64,000 nt of DNA. Source: an uncultured Methanosarcinaceae archaeon. GTDB taxonomy: Archaea; Halobacteriota; Methanosarcinia; Methanosarcinales; Methanosarcinaceae. A program made the translations under genes and the position numbers. How positions within the stretch are numbered: the first letter of the stretch is position 1; every line of letters starts with the position of its first letter. Positions 35,128 through 46,414 of the stretch are shown piece by piece. Location of the stretch: assembly GCA_963733675.1 (NCBI GenBank), contig CAVTET010000003.1, forward strand, positions 96,001 through 160,000, read 5' to 3'. The notes beneath the pieces are model-generated. The model saw only the letters and a program-made list of their open reading frames with translations, searched no databases and had not been told where the DNA came from.

Positions 35128-36149
35128 ACAACGCAGCGATATTAGTTTCATTATAATTTTAGGGATAAATTTATGGCAATCCATTTAATTAATTTGTTGA
35201 ACTGGTTCCAAAACGAATTAAGCAGTGTACTGAAAGTTCTGTAAAAATGATTATTCTCCATTTTTTTCTTTCAGTAAAAAAACAGGATTTCAAGCTTCCT
35301 TGATCCATAGGTTTTGACACATAAACTATGTGTAATGAAGTGATTCACATTCAAACATTGATCCAAGAGAACAGAAGGTTAAAACATTTAGATATTTCCT
35401 GAAATTCTAAAGATAAAGAAGCTCTTGTGGGAGTTCCGGTAATTAATATAAAAATTTTCCATATTTTTATGCACTTGTTCAACTATCAAAATATTAAAAA
35501 TATATACTTTTTTTCTCTTCATCATCAATTCGATAGAAAAATTTGATTTGGGGTACTAAAATGGATCAAAAAACCACTGAAAATAACATTAAGCGGTATA
35601 CTCCGTTGGATATTTGGATTATTCTTTATAATAATTGCTTCAGAGATGGTTACAGAACACGGATAATTTTCAGCAGTATTCATATTTATGGCAGCTTTTG
35701 TATCCTTTCCCCGATTTCAAACTTGCTAAATCCGAGTTGAATATTTCAATATCTGGCTCAGTGAAATTTTTGTTGGCCATAACCCTTTTAGTAGGATCGG
35801 TTGCTTTAGAACCTAATCATTCATCTTCGAAGTTTTATGATGCTCATACTTCTTCAGGATTTCATAGCACAACTCAGGATGACAATGCTAGTTATTGGGA
35901 TCGGAAATTGTATGCGACATCTCAAATTGAAGGTACTAAACTCCCAACGGAATAGAAAGAATAGAGTTTCCAGCTTGCATCTAAAAAATAATGGTTATCA
36001 AAAGATACCAACAAGTCAGACCTAAACGCCAAAAATAATGTCTACAAGAAGTAATAACATATAGGCTTAGGCACGACTTAATTGACTGAAGACACATGGA
36101 TGATTATTGAATTTACATACAGCAATTTGATCTGTGCTATTATTATCAA

Positions 36150-36683
36150 TTATGGCTCGCAATTGTTACCTGCCTGGTTTACACAGGAAGGAATCCATAT
36201 CCCACTATCAGTTAGCAAAATATCGGAAGTTCCAATAAAAATGGAATCATGCATTTTCACACCGTTTATGGTCTGCTGGGGCGCATCGTCTATTGTCACT
36301 TCACTATCAGCTGTATGGATTTTCTTGCCTTCTGCATAAAAAATTCCATTAACTGTAACATATCTATCTTCTGTAATTCTAACATTGAAAATAACAGTAC
36401 CATCATTTTTTCTTGTCAATGTAAGACCATTTTCTTTCTCGATTTTTCCGTGTACATCAAATTTCTGATCAACTTGAATTAACTCATTATCGTTGATTTT
36501 TGCGATGAGATCTGAATTTTCATCTCGGATTTCGGTTGTCAAAATTAAACTGTTGCTGCAATTTTTTAAAGTAACCAAGTGTATCTTGTCTCCAGTATTC
36601 TTATTTGCCTGATATGACAATGTTTATACTGGATCTGCGTAAACGTTTGATCCAAGAATTAGCATATATTCATCGTTAGTCAC
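36150..36683 (-). pseudogene. Paralog of 30587-31120 with an in-frame TAA near codon 20
   Basis: GTG start, same 534-nt length, ADPV*TLSYQAN versus ADQIYTVSYQAN; identical C-terminus SGIWIPSCVNQAGNNCEP. Confidence 0.8.
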
Positions 36684-37491
36684 TTGATTTTCACCTGTGA
36701 GTTTTTATTGCATTATTTACGATATAATTATAAAAATTATTTTGTAATCAATATTTGTTGCTAAAAATTGAAGACTTTTTTTATATATCCTGGTACTACC
36801 AAAATTTGCTGTTAGTTTAGAGAAACTAAACAACGAAACAGATGACACATCTAACAAACTTCAAAATGAAGATTAAATCATAAGTCGAAGTGCCAGAAGT
36901 GCCTATTTTTATAAGGTATTATATTATAATAGCTGAAAATATTTGCATTTAGTATCCTAGGAAGATTAGTCAAAAATTTCGTTTTTTGATTGTCTTTTTG
37001 AAGAGTTACTGATCTGTACAATAACCGGAGAAGAAAAAATAGCTACAATGCCACTGATGTTTATAACAGAAAGGACTGGGGGTAAAAGAGTCCTTTTCAT
37101 GAGTTATTGAAAAATATAAACACATATTTGTTCTAAATTCTTCCAAATATGGAGATTAGAATCATTTTTAAGATTTGATCTATGAATCAAGATGCGACAG
37201 GATATTTAAAATAGTTTATTTTAGATATATAATCTCTACAATGATCTGTATCAGAATTTTAAGATTAATAAACTTATATAAAATGTGTCTGAATCGCATT
37301 TTACGTAAAAACACAATGTTAAATTTTGAAAATTTCAAAAAATAATAAATTTAAGGCTTAAAAAAATTAATAGTTTGGAAATTTGCAGCTTTCACCCCTA
37401 ATTATTAAAATGGTAGACCAAAATGAAAGAAAGTAAAATTTGGGGTACTGATAAAAATAAAAAAAACTGAAGATGAAGAAAAACTGCCTTC

Positions 37492-38394
37492 TTACAATGA
37501 AAGCAACTTTGTTTCATTGTTCAGGCTTGCAAAATCAGAGCTTATCTTCAGTTTAATAATGTTTCCTGAGTTAATTACATCATAGGTTACTCCGCGTTCG
37601 CTCGAGCTTGCCTTGAGAGCTGCTATATTTTTGGTTACCTTGGGCTCAGAATTGAGGAACATGAGCGTCTGCATATAACTGCCATTATCCAATTTTTTGA
37701 GATCCATATAATACTGTTCGGCAGGGATATTCGTAACATTGTTTTTTGTTACTACTTCCTCGATGATCACATTCACAGGTTCCGCCTGGCTCAAAATCTG
37801 GTCATATTCGCTGGTAGATGTTTTGTTTTTCTCCATTATATCTATTACGTCTTTAACGCTCTGGCGAGAGCCACTAATCACAGGGTTTCCGACTACAGTC
37901 AATAGATTGTAGGCGTTGTTTGTCTTCAGAAGAAGATTGTATCCATGATATGGAATTGAACCCCAGGGCATCAGAATCTTCTGCTCTGGAATTTGGTTTA
38001 ATTCGAACCCAGTTCCGTTAGCGTAATTTGCACGGTAGCATCTTGTAACATCTACACCATAAAAGTCTTTCAGATCTTTACTTTTAAAAAGAGTCTCTAA
38101 AGGGGTTCCTTTTGATTTTTGGAGGTCAATATAAATTGCACTCATTATCCCTTCAGGAGACATGTTCAACCCATCAACAATAGAATTAAATTTATGATTT
38201 ATATGTTTGCCGGGGATTTGAGAAAAGGGGATTGTAGAGCTATTATCTTCAACTGCTTTAGTGGAAAAATCATTGTTGCTACCTGTTTTTAAGCTGTTAC
38301 CAAAAAATATAACAAAGGCTGAGAAAACCATAATAACAACCAAGAGAATAGCCAGGTATTTCTTATTTTTTGCTGCTGGTCCATTTCTTTTCAT
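37492..38394 (-). CDS. Hypothetical membrane-anchored extracellular protein
   Basis: 300 aa; N-terminal basic stretch plus TM helix. Confidence 0.75.
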   Translation of the reverse strand: MKRNGPAAKNKKYLAILLVVIMVFSAFVIFFGNSLKTGSNNDFSTKAVEDNSSTIPFSQIPGKHINHKFNSIVDGLNMSPEGIMSAIYIDLQKSKGTPLETLFKSKDLKDFYGVDVTRCYRANYANGTGFELNQIPEQKILMPWGSIPYHGYNLLLKTNNAYNLLTVVGNPVISGSRQSVKDVIDIMEKNKTSTSEYDQILSQAEPVNVIIEEVVTKNNVTNIPAEQYYMDLKKLDNGSYMQTLMFLNSEPKVTKNIAALKASSSERGVTYDVINSGNIIKLKISSDFASLNNETKLLSL

Positions 38395-38570
38395 TAATGA
38401 AACCTCATAACATAAGATGGATTTTTTTAACAGTAGGAAACACGCTTTTTATATATACATATGTGGCAAAGGAAGATTTTCTATCATTTTCATCGATCAG
38501 AAACAAATATCAAACAAAAAAATGCTTTTAAACTGGAATTTATGGTATTTAAGTTAGGCTGCTTTTGAGT

Positions 38571-40004
38571 TTAGTCAAGAGAAAGGATCTTAAGCATGTT
38601 AGTGCCTCCGGGTTTTCCTGAAGAAGGACCCTGGGTAAAAACTACAATATCACCACTATTTGCAAATCCCAGTTCTTTAGCTCTTTTAGTGGTTTCTACT
38701 TCCCAGTTTTCAATTACTTTCTTAACAAAAACCGGATAAACGCCATAAGATAAGGAAAGAAAACCGCAAGTTCCTGGAAAACGACTGAATGCGAGGATCC
38801 AGATTTCAGGCTTGAAGCGTGAAATCCTACGAGGAGTTGCTCCGCTTCTAGTAGGGGACAAAATGACTTCAACAGGCAGTTTCTGCAGAGCCTCATGAAC
38901 CTGGAGCGTTATTACCTCATCCACTGACATTTCCCTGGCTGTAATACCCTTGATCATTGTATCAAGACCCCATTTTGTCCGACAGCGCCAGTTTTCAGTG
39001 GTTTCTGCAATTTTTACCATCATATCAACTGCTTCTACAGGATAGTTGCCAACAGCTGTTTCTTCCGAAAGCATGACCGAATCTGTCCCATCAAGGATTG
39101 CATTGGCGACATCTGTCACCTCTGCTCGGGTAGGTCTCACGTTATCACTCATTGAAGCCAGCATTTGAGTGGCTGTAATTACAGGAATTCCAAGAAGTTT
39201 AGCACTCTGGATAAGTTCTTTCTGGACTGAGGGGATTTCCTGGATGGGAATTTCAACGCCCAAATCTCCTCTGGCAATCATAAGGGCATCGGTTTCCATA
39301 AGAATTTCCTCAATATTATCTACAGCTCGTCTGCGCTCTACTTTAGCGACAATATATACAGATTTTCCTCTTTCCGCTGCAAAACTTCGAACTTTCTTGA
39401 TATCTCCGGCATCTTCTATAAAGGAAATACTAAAAGTGTCAATTTCTTCATTCAAGCCGAACTCAAGAATTTTTAAATCTTTTTCCGTCACAGGATCAAG
39501 GAAAATCTTTGCTCCTGGAAGATTCAGCCCTTTATGAGAATAAAGCTTCCCTCCAATGAGGATCTCGCAAAGAACGTCTTTCCCCGAGATTTCAAGACAA
39601 AGAAGCTGGATAAATCCATCACTTAAGTAAATAAGATTTCCAGGAGCTACACTTTCCGGAAGTTGCTTATAGCTTACAGGGATACGTTCCGAATTTACAG
39701 AAGACTCGTCAACTGTAAGGGTCACAAAGTTTCCTTTATGAAGCATAAGCGGTTCTTTCTCCAGTTTGCCTATACGAATCTTTGGGCCTGGTAGATCGGC
39801 AAGAATTGCAACTATTCTGTCAAGATCTTTGGCGACTTTGCGGACTCTCTGGATTACCTCTTTATGACTTTCGAAATCCCCATGAGAAAAGTTGATCCTT
39901 GCCACATTCATGCCTGCAAGCACAAGTTCCCTGATTAGTTTCTCGGAAGACGAAGCTGGACCTATTGTGCAAACTATCTTTGTCTTATGATTTGGAATCT
40001 GCAT
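38571..40004 (-). CDS. pyk: Pyruvate kinase
   Basis: TKIVCTIGPAS, RINFSHG, DLPGPKIR, ARGDLGVE, TATQML, PTRAEVTDVANA. Confidence 0.96.
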   Translation of the reverse strand: MQIPNHKTKIVCTIGPASSSEKLIRELVLAGMNVARINFSHGDFESHKEVIQRVRKVAKDLDRIVAILADLPGPKIRIGKLEKEPLMLHKGNFVTLTVDESSVNSERIPVSYKQLPESVAPGNLIYLSDGFIQLLCLEISGKDVLCEILIGGKLYSHKGLNLPGAKIFLDPVTEKDLKILEFGLNEEIDTFSISFIEDAGDIKKVRSFAAERGKSVYIVAKVERRRAVDNIEEILMETDALMIARGDLGVEIPIQEIPSVQKELIQSAKLLGIPVITATQMLASMSDNVRPTRAEVTDVANAILDGTDSVMLSEETAVGNYPVEAVDMMVKIAETTENWRCRTKWGLDTMIKGITAREMSVDEVITLQVHEALQKLPVEVILSPTRSGATPRRISRFKPEIWILAFSRFPGTCGFLSLSYGVYPVFVKKVIENWEVETTKRAKELGFANSGDIVVFTQGPSSGKPGGTNMLKILSLD

Positions 40005-40162
40005 ATTGATACGGCCTTTAGTATTCAACCTTTAATCTATGACATTTTTGAAGTTCTAAATTATAATTTCCTTCTTAATAAGGACTCCGGAAATAGGCAT
40101 CTTCTAGTTAGTAAATATCACTATCAGTTTACAGATTTTTGCCATATATTTTGCAGCCTCTC

Positions 40163-41086
40163 TTATTTCCCTTTATAGATCTTAAGGGCCTCTGCGAAGC
40201 TTGTGTCTTCAACGGTTATGGCATAGACAGCATTACACATGCGTACAGCTTCGTCAAGAGTTTTTTGGTGAATATTTCTTCCGGTTGCGTTTCCCATAGC
40301 TCCAGATATATGTATTTGATCATGAAGCTTTCTCAGGAAAGTCTCAGGTTCATCACTGGTACCACCCGCACAAATGACTTTGGTACATCCAGCTGCCATG
40401 ATAGCTTCCTTGAAAATTTCGGCAGATTGTTCTCCTTTATTTGTTGGGTAATTGACTTTTACAAAGTCTGTTCCAAGACAAGCTCCTACTCCTGTTGCCC
40501 CTGAGATCAGGTGCGGATCTTTTTCATCTTTTACGGCAGTACCGCGCGGATAGATCCAGAGTACTGAGACCATTCCGTGTTTGTGGGCATCGTAAATTAT
40601 CTGGGCAGCCTGGGCAAACATTTCGGCTTCGAACTCACTGCCAAGGTAAATGGTATAACCTATGCCAAGGATATTGAGCTCACTGTTTTCCTGAAACTCA
40701 ACCACTTGATCTACATCGTACCAGAGATTGCTAAAAGGATCTGCCTGGGAAGTCTCTACAAGATTAGTCTTTGAATTTACTTTCACAAGATATGGCACGT
40801 CTTTGTAATCCATACCATAACGTGCAATTAGCCCAAGCTGAGCTGCAAAAACTCCTATTTTTGCCTGGGATGCTATCTTAAAGAGGTGTTCTGGATCAGC
40901 ATCATCTTCAGGCACTCCTTCTCCATAAAAGTCATCGTTTAGATGTTCTACTTTCTGGTCTCCGGCAAAAAGCATGAGTCTTCCACTGCTCCTTGTAATC
41001 TCCATATAATTTTTAATATATGTTTCGCGCATTGATTTTGGGATATCTAAAGGTACGATGACATCCTTTTTATTAATTGGAATCAT
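40163..41086 (-). CDS. Class I fructose-bisphosphate aldolase (DhnA family)
   Basis: LFAGDQKVEH, VLWIYPRG, DFVKVNYP, GRNIHQ; adjacent to pyk. Confidence 0.85.
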   Translation of the reverse strand: MIPINKKDVIVPLDIPKSMRETYIKNYMEITRSSGRLMLFAGDQKVEHLNDDFYGEGVPEDDADPEHLFKIASQAKIGVFAAQLGLIARYGMDYKDVPYLVKVNSKTNLVETSQADPFSNLWYDVDQVVEFQENSELNILGIGYTIYLGSEFEAEMFAQAAQIIYDAHKHGMVSVLWIYPRGTAVKDEKDPHLISGATGVGACLGTDFVKVNYPTNKGEQSAEIFKEAIMAAGCTKVICAGGTSDEPETFLRKLHDQIHISGAMGNATGRNIHQKTLDEAVRMCNAVYAITVEDTSFAEALKIYKGK

Positions 41087-41195
41087 ATGTATAAACCTCA
41101 ATTTTATTCAATTGCAGTTAATTGGATAGTAGAAATAATTTGGAATCTTATTTATCTATTACCTATATATCTTTTTTACATTTATTAATCCTTTA

Positions 41196-41250
41196 GGTTC
41201 CGTTGCAAAAAATTTGACTTTTTTACAAAATCAGTGAAAACCATCACAAA
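41196..41250. mobile_element. Solo IS6-type terminal repeat / truncated MITE
   Basis: ggttccgttgcaaaaa is identical to the IS6 IR at 10076; the following sequence resembles the 58684 element. Confidence 0.7.
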
Positions 41251-41531
41251 TTCATATTTCTGCAGAGAAAAAAACTAATGAGTGGTTAGTTTCAGTTCAG
41301 GACAACGGAATTCGGATCGAATCACAAAAGTTTAAAAGAATTTTTGAATTTTTTAAAAGACTGCATAAAAGGGAAGAATATCCTGGAACAGGAATGAGAC
41401 TTGCGGTTTGTAAGAAAATTATAGAAAAACAGGGTGGAAGTATATGGGTAGAATCTGAATTGGGTAAAGGTTCAACTTTTTATTTCATTTTACCAATCAA
41501 TCCCGCAGAAGTTCAAAAATCAAATTTTTAA
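41238..41531 (+). pseudogene. Histidine kinase HATPase C-terminal fragment
   Basis: QIHISAEK...WLVSVQDNGI...RIFEFFKRLHKREEYPGTGMRLAVCKKIIE...IWVESELGKGSTFYF. Confidence 0.85.
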
Positions 41532-42105
41532 AGAAACTAATTTGAAAGTATCATTGAACCGGATGGAGCTTATCTTACTTCCAGATGACATGAAACTGCA
41601 AATTCATCCATCCCAATTCCGAGAGCTAGAAAGAAATTAATTAGAGATGAAATTAATTAGTAAACCACTTTCTTTTTGTATTTGAGATTTCAGCGAATTC
41701 ATACCGAGTTAAATTATAAGAGCGTAGATCTTTTAGGGGTTCAGATTATTTAAGTCAAAAATGAATGATTATTAAGCTGTTAAAGGCATTTTCTTAGTCG
41801 GATAGCGTTGATTTCCTCAGAAGCAATCAAAAAAACCTATATAAGGGGCTGAAATTAAGTCATTTTTTAGATCAAACGGACAAAGGATTAGCAATATATC
41901 ACCTAAGCTAATAAAATGAAGTAAAAGAAATCTTGTCTTAGAATTCAGTATATAATCTGTCAATATTATATATTTCGGGTCATAAAAAATTCCAAACAAA
42001 ATCAAATAACTGGTTTTGACCTTTAAAATTAAGAAGGGCCTAAAGAAAGTTTAAGAATCCTTTGCAAGCCATATTTGCGCCCTATTCAACTACAACAAGC
42101 AATTT

Positions 42106-42897
42106 TTACAAGCAAAGTACATCATCCATGGAATAAATTCCGGGTTTTTGTTCGCATATCCATTCTGCTGCACGGACTGCCCCTTTGGCAAAAATCTGAG
42201 GGGAGTGAGCAATGTGCCGGATTTCGATTCTTTCTGAGTTACCTGCAAAAAGGACTGTGTGATCTCCTGTAATATCTCCAGCTCGGACAGCATGAATGCC
42301 TATTTCCTTGCCACGAGGGGCGATTCCTTCCCTTCCATAGATATACTCTTTTCCACCAACAGCCTCACTGATCACATCGGCTGCCCGAAGTGCGGTCCCG
42401 CTTGGAGAATCTTTTTTCTGGTTATGATGAGTTTCTATAATCTCGATATCATAGTCTGCGAGATACGTTGCAGCTTCCCTAATTATCTTAAAAAAGACAT
42501 TAACACCTATGGAATAATTGGGAGAAATAATCGCACGTACCTGATTTTCCTTGATAAATTTGTCAATAACTGCTCGCTGTTCCGGGGTCAGGCCTGTAGT
42601 TCCTATTATAAGGTTTACTCCACATCTAGCAGCTATCGGAGCGTTTACTGCAGTTGCCATTGCTGCCGTAAAGTCGATAAGGACATCAACATGGTTCTTT
42701 TTCAAAACAGCTTCAAGATCTCTTACGTCCGATATCTGGATTCCCAGATTACCCACACGAGCAAATTCCCCTACATCCTTTCCAAAATTACTTATGTCAA
42801 AGGCGGCAGCGAGCCGAATATCTGGAAAGCAGATAATCGTTTCTACAATTAAGGAGCCCATTCTTCCACAGGCTCCGAGTACTGCTGCGTTGATCAT
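42106..42897 (-). CDS. dapB: 4-hydroxy-tetrahydrodipicolinate reductase
   Basis: GACGRMG, IDFT, GTTG, ETHHNQKKDSPSGTA. Confidence 0.96.
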   Translation of the reverse strand: MINAAVLGACGRMGSLIVETIICFPDIRLAAAFDISNFGKDVGEFARVGNLGIQISDVRDLEAVLKKNHVDVLIDFTAAMATAVNAPIAARCGVNLIIGTTGLTPEQRAVIDKFIKENQVRAIISPNYSIGVNVFFKIIREAATYLADYDIEIIETHHNQKKDSPSGTALRAADVISEAVGGKEYIYGREGIAPRGKEIGIHAVRAGDITGDHTVLFAGNSERIEIRHIAHSPQIFAKGAVRAAEWICEQKPGIYSMDDVLCL

Positions 42898-43769
42898 TCC
42901 ATAATCTCCAATTTTCGAAGTTCATCCACAAGCTTTATGGTATTTGCCTCGCTAAGGGGTGCGAGTGGGAGCCTCACATGCCCACTCGCAAGTCCCATAA
43001 GTTCGGCAGCCTTTTTGACCGGGATAGGGTTTGTTTCCAGAAAAAGAGCACGAATCAGAGGGGCAATCTCAAAATGAATTTTCCTTGCAGTTTCGTAGTC
43101 TCCAGCAAGAGCTGCATTTACCATTATGGACATTCTGTCAGGAACTATATTTGCAGCAACAGAGATTACTCCTCTGCCTCCTAAAGAAAGAATAGGAAGA
43201 GTCAACCCATCATCACCTGATAAAATAACGAAATTTTCATCTACAGTAAATTCCAGGATCTGAGAAACTTTGCCGACGTTTCCACTGGCTTCCTTAATCC
43301 CAACAACATTTTCTATCTTTGCAAGTTCGGCAATTACTTCTACTGGCACATCTTGCCCTGTCCTAGAGGGAACATTATATAGGATTATAGGTATGTCTAC
43401 TGCCTCTGCGATTTTCTTAAAATGTGCCAGCAGTCCTGCAGAATTTGGTTTGTTGTAGTAAGGAGAAATCAGAAGTACTGCATCAACACCCGCATCTTCA
43501 GCGTGTTTTGTAAACTGTAGGGCTTCTCCTGTATTATTTGAGCCGGTTCCTGCAATTACAGGAACATTCGAACATTCCACTGCGATATCGATCACTTCTT
43601 CGTGTTCGAGTGCAGAAAGTGTTGCCGATTCTCCAGTTGTACCACAAGGTACAATCCCTGCAACTCCTCTCTCTTCAATAAATGCAATGTTCCTCTGTAA
43701 GCCTTCCCTGTCAATCCTATCGCTCCTTGTGAAAGGAGTGATCAGAGCGGACATTGCTCCTTCAAACAT
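42894..43769 (-). CDS. dapA: 4-hydroxy-tetrahydrodipicolinate synthase
   Basis: GTTGES, PYYNKP, YNVPSRTG, GIKEA, ETNPIPVK. Confidence 0.97.
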   Translation of the reverse strand: MFEGAMSALITPFTRSDRIDREGLQRNIAFIEERGVAGIVPCGTTGESATLSALEHEEVIDIAVECSNVPVIAGTGSNNTGEALQFTKHAEDAGVDAVLLISPYYNKPNSAGLLAHFKKIAEAVDIPIILYNVPSRTGQDVPVEVIAELAKIENVVGIKEASGNVGKVSQILEFTVDENFVILSGDDGLTLPILSLGGRGVISVAANIVPDRMSIMVNAALAGDYETARKIHFEIAPLIRALFLETNPIPVKKAAELMGLASGHVRLPLAPLSEANTIKLVDELRKLEIME

Positions 43770-43805
43770 GTTAGAAATCCTCCTGTATCCAAAATAAACA
43801 TCTTT

Positions 43806-44000
43806 TCAGTATATTTTCATGCGTGCTACTTTTCTAGTAACATAACCTGCAACTCTATTCCTTATAACCTTGCTTTCAATAGTTGTATACTTTGTCACAA
43901 GACTTTTGTTGGTTTCAAAATCCTTTGTAAGAACATCTCCATAATTTTCTATCAGTCTAAACGCGATCCTTTTTATGTTAGTCTGTCTTATATTTCCCAT
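43806..44000 (-). CDS. rps17e: 30S ribosomal protein S17e
   Basis: [11 protein letters not shown]...[14 protein letters not shown]. Confidence 0.96.
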   Translation of the reverse strand: MGNIRQTNIKRIAFRLIENYGDVLTKDFETNKSLVTKYTTIESKVIRNRVAGYVTRKVARMKIY

Positions 44001-44435
44001 ATTATTTCCTCTTACTATTTTTCTTTTTTTTATTTCAGTTATTTAAGTTTACTTCTGTTTTGTCTTACCGTATTTTTCTGAAAATTCCACTTAATGTGAA
44101 GCTGGAAGCAGAAATCAGTCCTTTGATACCTTTTTATTCTTTTAAATTGATAAACATAATGAAAACTTGATAAAAAATTCAATTGATGATGATTTTGTCG
44201 ATTAATAGTTACTTGAGCTTTATAAGTTTTGGGGTCATAAGCAAGGATAAGTTTTTAGGTATATAATTCCTTGTTGCAATTATTTAAGTAGAGTCCAATA
44301 GGCAGTTGACAATTTTTCTTCACTTTTTTGCATCATTGATGAAGTCATTTTCGGTACATTTGCATTACATATTGTTTGAATGTATCAATTGCTTTAAATG
44401 TCTTTATATGCAATAATGGGTTACAAATGTACTAA

Positions 44436-45250
44436 GAGGCTATCCGAAAAATCCTGCTAATCTGAATGTTATCAATGCACACGCTAAATATAGGATAGCA
44501 AGGTAATTTTCAATTTTCTTTTCCCATTATAAGGAGTCTTCTGAATCTATTCAGCCAAGAATGTGTCCTTTCTACAACCCATCTTCTTGCCCTAAAACCA
44601 GATATGTCTCTTCTTATGTTTTCTTCTCCACAACTTTTGATATGCGCAGTATAACCATCTTCTTCAACCAATTTTCTGATATCGGTGAAATCATAACCCT
44701 TATCCATGCATATATTCTGAATTATGTCTTCTGGAGAAGGTCTTTCAAAGAATATGGCGTATAAAGTCCTTTTCACAAGCTTTTTATCGTGACGATTAGC
44801 TCCATCAACGACAACAGAAAGTGGTATGCCTTTATCATCAGTTAAAACAATCTTTTTTGTACCTTTTTTGCCACGATCAGTAGAATTGGTTCCTGTTCCA
44901 GCTCCACCTAATTCGAAATCATACTCAACAAGACCAGCCAGCCACATGCTCTCAAATAAGCCTCATAGTCGCCATTCCTGAAATCTATCCTGTACAGTGC
45001 TCGAAGCTCCATAAAATCGTGGCAATTCTTTCCATTGGCAACCAGTAAAAAGGAGATAGAAAATGCCACTCATTATTTCCCTACCACTCTTTCTGGGTCT
45101 TCCAGACTTCTTTTTTGGCTTAGGTACAGGTAGTAAAGGTTCTATTTTTTTCCAATAATCTTCAGAAATTTCGTAGTCCTGAACAATTTTCCGTTTTGTC
45201 ATTACCACACATGATCTGAAATTGAAATATATTATTTTTCGGATAGGCTC
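44436..45250 (-). mobile_element. IS5-family element with inactivated transposase
   Basis: IRs gaggctatccgaaaaat / atttttcggataggctc, flanked by TAA on both sides; TGCQWKELP, DKGYD and RWVVERTHSWLNRFRRL; in-frame TGA at 44963 and an internal deletion removing the first catalytic Asp region. Confidence 0.9.
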
Positions 45251-45282
45251 TAAGTATAAGATGAATACAAGAGAACAGATCT

Positions 45283-45580
45283 AGCTAGAAAGTCCTAGCA
45301 AATTGAAGAATGTAATGGAAGGATCAAACAGTTAATTGGTGAGGAAAGTTTCAGGCAAGAAAAAATTCACATAACACATCTAATATTCTTATCGAGAGCT
45401 TTTTTAAGGTTTGAGTTAAAAGAAACATAAATGAAATTTTTTGGTTTGAAAGGAAAACAATAATTGTATAGTGTAGCGGTGAAGGAATAGGTAACCAACC
45501 AAAATACAAATAAAATTGAGTATAATATTGGAGAAGTTGAGGGAAAAAATATAAAGAGCCTCTACTACGTGAGTTCTAAA
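45283..45580 (+). mobile_element. IS701-like transposase 3' remnant and end
   Basis: ARKS*QIEECNGRIKQ...FQARK...RAFLRFE...WFERKT fragments; ctactacgtgagttcta resembles the caactgcgtaagtccta end. Confidence 0.55.
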
Positions 45581-45755
45581 TGTATGATGTATTTAAATCC
45601 GAGAGGATTTTAATGGCACATAATGCAATGATACATTCAAACAATATTTAATGCAAATGTACCGAAAATGACTTCATCAATGATGCAAAAAAGTGAAGAA
45701 AAATTGGTATCGCATTAGAATACAGATCCGACAAATAATTAAAAAAATATGAAGA

Positions 45756-46289
45756 TTAGGTTTGAAGCTCCCCTACACAATCAAGTTTTTTAATAACTCT
45801 TGCCGGGTAGCCCAGAGCTAAACTATTTGGAGAAATATCACGGCTAACTACAGACCCTATTCCTATTATTGAATTTTCTCCGATTTCGACTCCCTGAGTA
45901 ATCATACACCCTGGATTGACAGAAACCCCGCGGCCGATTATTATTGGAGCCATACTTCTTGGATATGCCTGTCTTGTGGTTAAGCTGCCCCTTGAATGTG
46001 CAGACAATATGCACCTATCACCGATTTCAGCATAATCCCCTACTGTAATCAATTCAGGGTGTAACCTGTCAAAAACTACGTCATAACCAATGTATACGTT
46101 CTTCCCAACATTTACACCCCTCATCCTATGCAGTTTTGCTCTCCATGAAGGAACAGGAACATTTGAGGCAAGTAATTCCAAAATCCAGTTTTTGAAATAC
46201 TTTATTCCAAATAGTAGTTTATTGCTGTTGTAATGATCAGCAATTTCGTGATAGGTTACTTTATCTCTGTTAGATATTAAGGTACTCAT
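45756..46289 (-). CDS. Hexapeptide-repeat (left-handed beta-helix) acyltransferase
   Basis: GVNVGKNVYIG, IIIGRGVSV, GVEIGENSIIGIGSVVSRDI, GYPARVIK. Confidence 0.9.
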   Translation of the reverse strand: MSTLISNRDKVTYHEIADHYNSNKLLFGIKYFKNWILELLASNVPVPSWRAKLHRMRGVNVGKNVYIGYDVVFDRLHPELITVGDYAEIGDRCILSAHSRGSLTTRQAYPRSMAPIIIGRGVSVNPGCMITQGVEIGENSIIGIGSVVSRDISPNSLALGYPARVIKKLDCVGELQT

Positions 46290-46414
46290 ATTAGTGACCC
46301 CATTTTTCAATTAAATTATTCGCTCTCATTACTTTTGACAAATAATTATATTTTTTATAATTAATTTTTGATTAATAGGACTGAAGAGCATTTAATTTTG
46401 AGATAAATTATTTG

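Larger units (their letters stand above)
44310..45706. mobile_element. Composite element bounded by ~82-bp near-perfect inverted repeats (44310-44392 and 45625-45706)
   Basis: caatttttcttcacttttttgcatcattgatgaagtcattttcggtacatttgcatta... and its reverse complement differ at only about 2 positions. Confidence 0.8.
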
